DNA of 28,667 nt from a virus (taxonomy: Duplodnaviria; Caudoviricetes): positions 1-28,667 of the IMG/VR virus record IMGVR_UViG_3300037991_001232; one strand, given 5' to 3'. This document shows, piece after piece, positions 25,007 through 28,667 of the stretch. Every line of letters starts with the position of its first letter. The first letter of the stretch is position 1. The notes below the pieces were generated by a model. That model saw only the letters and a list, made by a program, of their open reading frames with translations. It did no database searches and had not been told where the DNA came from. The position numbers were made by a program, and so were the translations under genes.

Positions 25007-25771
25007 ATGGAACATTCTTTTGACATAAATCTTGCAAAAGAAATTGGTCTTGCTGAATCTATTATGATGAAACACTTCATCTTTTGGATTCGTAAAAACA
25101 AAGCCAATGATAAACACTTTCACAAGGGCAGATTCTGGACATACAATTCAGTGTCTGCTTTTGATGAACTTTTTCCATACTTCACAAAAAGTCAAATCAG
25201 AAGAATATTGAAGTCACTTGTTGACAAGAAATACATTATTGAAGACAACTTCAATTCAGCGAAGTATGACAGAACAAAATGGTTTGCAATTGCAGACACA
25301 GAAAGATTTGTTGATTCTGACAAATGGAATTGTTCAAATACACAAATGGATTTGTCAAAACACACAAATGGATTTGCTAAAATAGACAAACCAATACCAG
25401 ATACTAAAAACACAAATACTAAATCAGATGCTAAAGACATATATAAAATGTCTATTGACATTTATCACAAATTCTGTTTGTCAAATTTTGATGCACCAGC
25501 AAAGATTGATGCAATTCAAGGTAAAGCAATGAAGACCATTTTAAGCTATCTGAAGACACTTTGCAAACAAAAAGGTGATGACACACCAGAAAGTGTTTTG
25601 AATGCTTTAAAATACATCTTTAATAACTGGAAGAATCTTGAACCATTTTTGCAGAAGCAAGTGAAATTGTCACAAATAAATTCTAATTTGGTGAATATTA
25701 TTAAACAACTAAAACAAACAACAAAACAAAATGACATTGCAGATGACATCCTTGCCAAGTACAGACAATAA
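25007..25771 (+). CDS. Replication initiator (replisome organiser, lambda O-like architecture)
   Basis: N-terminal wHTH HSFDINLAKEIG...GRFWTYNS...FPYF...YDRTKWF; internal direct repeats; linker; C-terminal helical domain. Confidence 0.8.
   Translation: MEHSFDINLAKEIGLAESIMMKHFIFWIRKNKANDKHFHKGRFWTYNSVSAFDELFPYFTKSQIRRILKSLVDKKYIIEDNFNSAKYDRTKWFAIADTERFVDSDKWNCSNTQMDLSKHTNGFAKIDKPIPDTKNTNTKSDAKDIYKMSIDIYHKFCLSNFDAPAKIDAIQGKAMKTILSYLKTLCKQKGDDTPESVLNALKYIFNNWKNLEPFLQKQVKLSQINSNLVNIIKQLKQTTKQNDIADDILAKYRQ
25299..25390. repeat. Iteron array / putative replication origin
   Basis: CAAATGGAWTTG at 25321, 25343, 25365 (22-bp period), degenerate copies at 25299 and 25387; core CAAAT-GG-ATTTG is palindromic. 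Confidence 0.75.
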
Positions 25772-26249
25772 AATGTTGACACCTATTGAACCAGAATTTA
25801 ATAAACAGATTCTGAAGATGAAGATGAATGACATTGTTTCAATTGCACTTGAAGACAAACCACCATCATTGACAAAGCAGATGAAGATGGAAGAAGAAAA
25901 AACAATTGACATCATCATGTTGTTGTTGATTAAGTTTCAAGACTTTTACAATTGCAAAAGCAAAATGGATAAACACCAACTTGAAGAAACTGCATATTTA
26001 ATCACACAAAAGTTTGGTCATTTTAATTGGTATGATATATCAATGTGTTTAAAACTTGCAAAGATTAATGAAAAAGTATTTGACAGAATTGATGGTGGAA
26101 TGATTCTGGAATGGCTTGTCAGATATGACATCACCAGAACTGGAATGATTGTGACTGAAAGAGAAAAACAACATTCACAATACAATTCAAACTGGTCAAC
26201 ACTATCTGAAAGAAGTTCAGTGCAAAGATTGAAAGATTTTTTGAAATGA
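25731..26249 (+). CDS. Replication-associated protein (possible helicase loader/recruiter)
   Basis: Directly after the initiator (lambda P position); KVFDRIDGGMILEWL motif; true start uncertain. Confidence 0.5.
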   Translation: MTLQMTSLPSTDNKMLTPIEPEFNKQILKMKMNDIVSIALEDKPPSLTKQMKMEEEKTIDIIMLLLIKFQDFYNCKSKMDKHQLEETAYLITQKFGHFNWYDISMCLKLAKINEKVFDRIDGGMILEWLVRYDITRTGMIVTEREKQHSQYNSNWSTLSERSSVQRLKDFLK

Positions 26250-26401
26250 AAAAAGAAAAAAAGATGGTGACCAAATCACTTTGGGAATTGCAATTTGGTA
26301 CAATTGACAATGGTGAATTTTATGTCAAGCATAAAAACTACTACACAGAAAAATCTGTTCCAACATTAAATGGAAAAAAAATATATGCGCAAACAGAATG
26401 A
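26246..26401 (+). CDS. Small hypothetical protein (51 aa, not in ORF track)
   Basis: ATGA overlap; MKKEKKMVTKSLWELQFGTIDNGEFYVKHKNYYTEKSVPTLNGKKIYAQTE. Confidence 0.55.
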   Translation: MKKEKKMVTKSLWELQFGTIDNGEFYVKHKNYYTEKSVPTLNGKKIYAQTE

Positions 26402-26786
26402 ACATGAACTGCAAAAAGCAGTCATTAAATACATGAAACTTCAACATTCATCAATCTTCATCAATGGTTCACTTGGTGGAATATACATCAAGCATCATTC
26501 CCAAAGAAGAAAAGGAAAAGAAGGTGGATTCAGAAAAGGGTTTCCAGATTTGTTCATTTATGAACCAAGAATAATTCAAGGAAGAATCAGACATGGACTT
26601 GCAGTTGAATTGAAAGTCAAAGGAAACTATCCAACTGAAGCACAAAAAACAACACTGAATGAACTATCTAAAAGGGGATTTGAAGCACATGTCTGCACTG
26701 GATTTGACCAAGCTATTGAAACAATAGAATGGTATATCAATTGCACCATTCCAGATGTTGATGTGAACTATACAATCAAAGAATGA
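26370..26786 (+). CDS. VRR-NUC domain nuclease (PD-(D/E)xK; junction-resolving type)
   Basis: EHELQ...GFPDL...VELK...PTEAQK motif; start may be ATG 26385. Confidence 0.9.
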   Translation: MEKKYMRKQNEHELQKAVIKYMKLQHSSIFINGSLGGIYIKHHSQRRKGKEGGFRKGFPDLFIYEPRIIQGRIRHGLAVELKVKGNYPTEAQKTTLNELSKRGFEAHVCTGFDQAIETIEWYINCTIPDVDVNYTIKE

Positions 26787-27652
26787 AAAAAGTCAATTCA
26801 ATATCTGGTGGACAAACATCTGCATATATATCTGCTAATTATCCAGCAGACTTTGATGTGTTTGCATTAGTCAGAACAAATGACAAGTCTTGCTTGTTTC
26901 CAGATAAAAAAATCAGACAGATTGTTTCAGACAAGATTGGACAAGAATTCATTGGAACACTTGAACAAGATGATTGTGTGAAATACATTCTTCAACTTGA
27001 ACAAATGATTGGAAGAAATATCACTTTTGTGACTGGTGAAGCATTTGAAGACATTATCAATCAGAAAAAAAATCAAGGTAAAAATGGAAGTCACTATCTT
27101 CCAAATATGATGACAAGATATTGCACATCTTACTTAAAGATGTTTCCTATTTTTGAATGGTGGTTTCATACAATATCAGAACCAGTTGAAATGCGAATTG
27201 GTTTTAGAGCAAACGAAATGAAAAGAGCAAAGAAAGTCATTGAAAATCTGGATGACAATGGAATGGAATCAATGAAATATGCATTTGAATTTCATAAAAA
27301 TGGAAATAAAAAATGGAAAAACTATACATGGCGAAAACCAACATTTCCATTGATTGATGATGCTATTTACAAAGACCATATTCAAGAATACTGGAATGAC
27401 AAACCAGTGAAATTTTCAAAAGAATACAAAAACAATTGTGTTGGATGTTTTCACAGAAATGAATTGTATTTGAATAAGATGTCAAATGAACATCCAAACA
27501 AAATGAAATGGTTTTCTAAAATGGAAGAATTAAACAAACCAAACACATTCAGAAAGGGTGTGACATATAAAGAAATAATAAATTACAAACCACAGATTGA
27601 AATGTCATTTGATGACTTCAATGAATGTGATTCTGGTTATTGTGGGTTATGA
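26783..27652 (+). CDS. PAPS-reductase-like PP-loop (adenine nucleotide alpha hydrolase) protein with Cys clusters
   Basis: SISGGQTS PP-loop, RYCTSYLK, IGFRANE..RA, NNCVGCF, C-terminal ECDSGYCG. Confidence 0.8.
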   Translation: MKKVNSISGGQTSAYISANYPADFDVFALVRTNDKSCLFPDKKIRQIVSDKIGQEFIGTLEQDDCVKYILQLEQMIGRNITFVTGEAFEDIINQKKNQGKNGSHYLPNMMTRYCTSYLKMFPIFEWWFHTISEPVEMRIGFRANEMKRAKKVIENLDDNGMESMKYAFEFHKNGNKKWKNYTWRKPTFPLIDDAIYKDHIQEYWNDKPVKFSKEYKNNCVGCFHRNELYLNKMSNEHPNKMKWFSKMEELNKPNTFRKGVTYKEIINYKPQIEMSFDDFNECDSGYCGL

Positions 27653-28176
27653 AAAACAAGTGGCATCCAATTGAATGGATATACAAAGACTTTGACTACT
27701 TTCTTGGCTTTGCAATAAAGCAAACCAAAGACAAAGACTTGTCACAAGATTTGGTTCAAGAAACATTCCTTCAATTGATGACCATGAATCAACACAGATT
27801 ACTTATAATCATTGATTCTGGAAAAATAAAAACATATATCTGCAAAATCATGATGGTCAAATACTATTCAGCAAAGTCACAATTCAACAAGAAGATGGTG
27901 CAATATAAAAAGAAGAAGATTCAAAGTGATGAATCATTTCTTGAACATCTGGCAAATATAAATTCACCAGAACATCATCAAGAAACATTGAATGAAATGA
28001 ATGAAAAGATTGATGATTGCTTGACACACTTTGATGAATATGACAGAAAGTTGTTTCAACTATACTATGAAACTGGGTTGTCTGTCAGACAACTATCTGA
28101 AGAAACTGGAATCAGCTTTAAATCTATTCAGTACACAATTAATAAAGTAAAAAAGAACATCAAAGATTTAATATGA
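27649..28176 (+). CDS. Phage-encoded ECF-type sigma-70 factor
   Basis: Region 2 (SQDLVQETFLQL...KTYICKIM) and region 4 HTH (DRKLFQLYYETGLSVRQLSEETGISFKSI); ATG 27649 in an ATGA overlap. Confidence 0.85.
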   Translation: MKNKWHPIEWIYKDFDYFLGFAIKQTKDKDLSQDLVQETFLQLMTMNQHRLLIIIDSGKIKTYICKIMMVKYYSAKSQFNKKMVQYKKKKIQSDESFLEHLANINSPEHHQETLNEMNEKIDDCLTHFDEYDRKLFQLYYETGLSVRQLSEETGISFKSIQYTINKVKKNIKDLI

Positions 28177-28580
28177 TACCATTTAAAGCTGATAAAAAAC
28201 TTGCACAAAAAAGAATTGCAATATGTGAAGAATGTGAATACTTCAAACCAAAAACAAGAACATGTGGAACTGCAATAATTGGTGACAAGATTGGTGACAA
28301 AAAAACATGTGGTTGTTTTATGGATGCAAAAACAAAATTGTCATTCAGCAGATGTCCATTTGACAAGTGGGAATTTCTTCAAGTCACTGAAAATGATTAC
28401 CTTGCAATCAAGAAATTGTTGGATGAAGTTGACAACACTATCAATCCAAAACAGAAAGAAGTGTTGTTTGAAATGCAAAGAAAATACATTGGTGGAAATA
28501 CAAAGACATCCAATTGTGTTCCATGCATAAAATCAGCACTGAAAGAAATGAAACAGATTGTTGAAGAATACGAAAAATAA
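28173..28580 (+). CDS. Cys-rich putative zinc-binding protein
   Basis: RIAICEECEYF...TCG...CGCFMDAKTKL...CPFDKW plus C-terminal CVPC; its 3' end is duplicated at 1-41. Confidence 0.7.
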   Translation: MIPFKADKKLAQKRIAICEECEYFKPKTRTCGTAIIGDKIGDKKTCGCFMDAKTKLSFSRCPFDKWEFLQVTENDYLAIKKLLDEVDNTINPKQKEVLFEMQRKYIGGNTKTSNCVPCIKSALKEMKQIVEEYEK

Positions 28581-28667
28581 GACATGGCAAAATTAGTTTT
28601 ACCAGTAAGTGTTGAAACAATTGCAACAAGACATGATGGTTCTGTCAAGATTGTGATGGGAACATAT
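28540..28667. repeat. Terminal direct repeat, right copy
   Basis: Matches 1-128 with 2 mismatches; contains the 5' start (ATG 28584) of the gene at 45-419. Confidence 0.95.

Noticed and set aside
25299-25390. Short regularly spaced repeats as a mini-CRISPR array
   Set aside because: 12-bp core with 10-bp spacers inside a coding gene and no cas genes; fits iterons.
26783-27652. Calling this gene cysH (auxiliary sulfur metabolism)
   Set aside because: Only superfamily-level motifs are seen; it lacks the canonical C-terminal ECGLH and any pathway context.
2414-28530. Alternative-frame + ORFs nested in genes (2414, 4806, 7037, 11850, 18570, 28279; 5' part of 22532-22960)
   Set aside because: Frame shadows with Leu/Lys/Met/Gln-rich composition and no motifs.
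557-28648. All minus-strand ORFs in the track (e.g. 12169-12729, 14787-15242, 18073-18516, 24641-25123)
   Set aside because: They lie antisense to well-supported + genes, have low-complexity Ser/Phe/Leu/His composition, and are expected when reverse-strand stop triplets are scarce.
1-28667. Stop-codon reassignment (TAG rarely used)
   Set aside because: Genes are full length and densely packed under the standard code; no suppressor tRNA seen.

Overview
The window is an apparently complete, circularly permuted ~28,539-bp genome of a tailed dsDNA phage (siphovirus-like). Positions 1-128 recur at 28540-28667 with 2 mismatches. All credible genes are on the + strand and tightly packed, many with ATGA/TAATG overlaps. 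Order: HNH, terS, terL, a frameshifted tail-assembly chaperone, tail/neck genes, tape measure, prohead protease, scaffold, major capsid, tail tube, a multi-domain portal, adaptor, a lysis cassette (M15 peptidase plus small membrane proteins), an RcGTA-like spike-base protein, a metallophosphoesterase, then an early/replication block (HTH proteins, SSB-like protein, replication initiator with internal iterons, VRR-NUC, PAPS-reductase-like PP-loop enzyme, ECF-type sigma factor). A Bacteroidota host is inferred from a TTTG-N19-TAnnTTTG promoter and A-rich starts without Shine-Dalgarno motifs. No integrase, polymerase, helicase, methyltransferase, tRNA or CRISPR was recognised. The most notable signals are: (1) genome-wide short-motif avoidance (CpG, GAG/CTC, GATC) strong enough to force context-dependent rare-codon choices, next to a lone PP-loop/Fe-S candidate DNA-modifying enzyme; (2) a fixed-spacing bipartite motif GAAAGGAAA-N15-CTTTAAACTATTG before the tail and capsid modules, a candidate promoter for the phage sigma factor; (3) extra domains on structural proteins (LamG-like on the tail terminator, inserts in portal and protease, orphan spike base). 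Family calls come from motif recognition by eye, not database searches, and counts are manual estimates.
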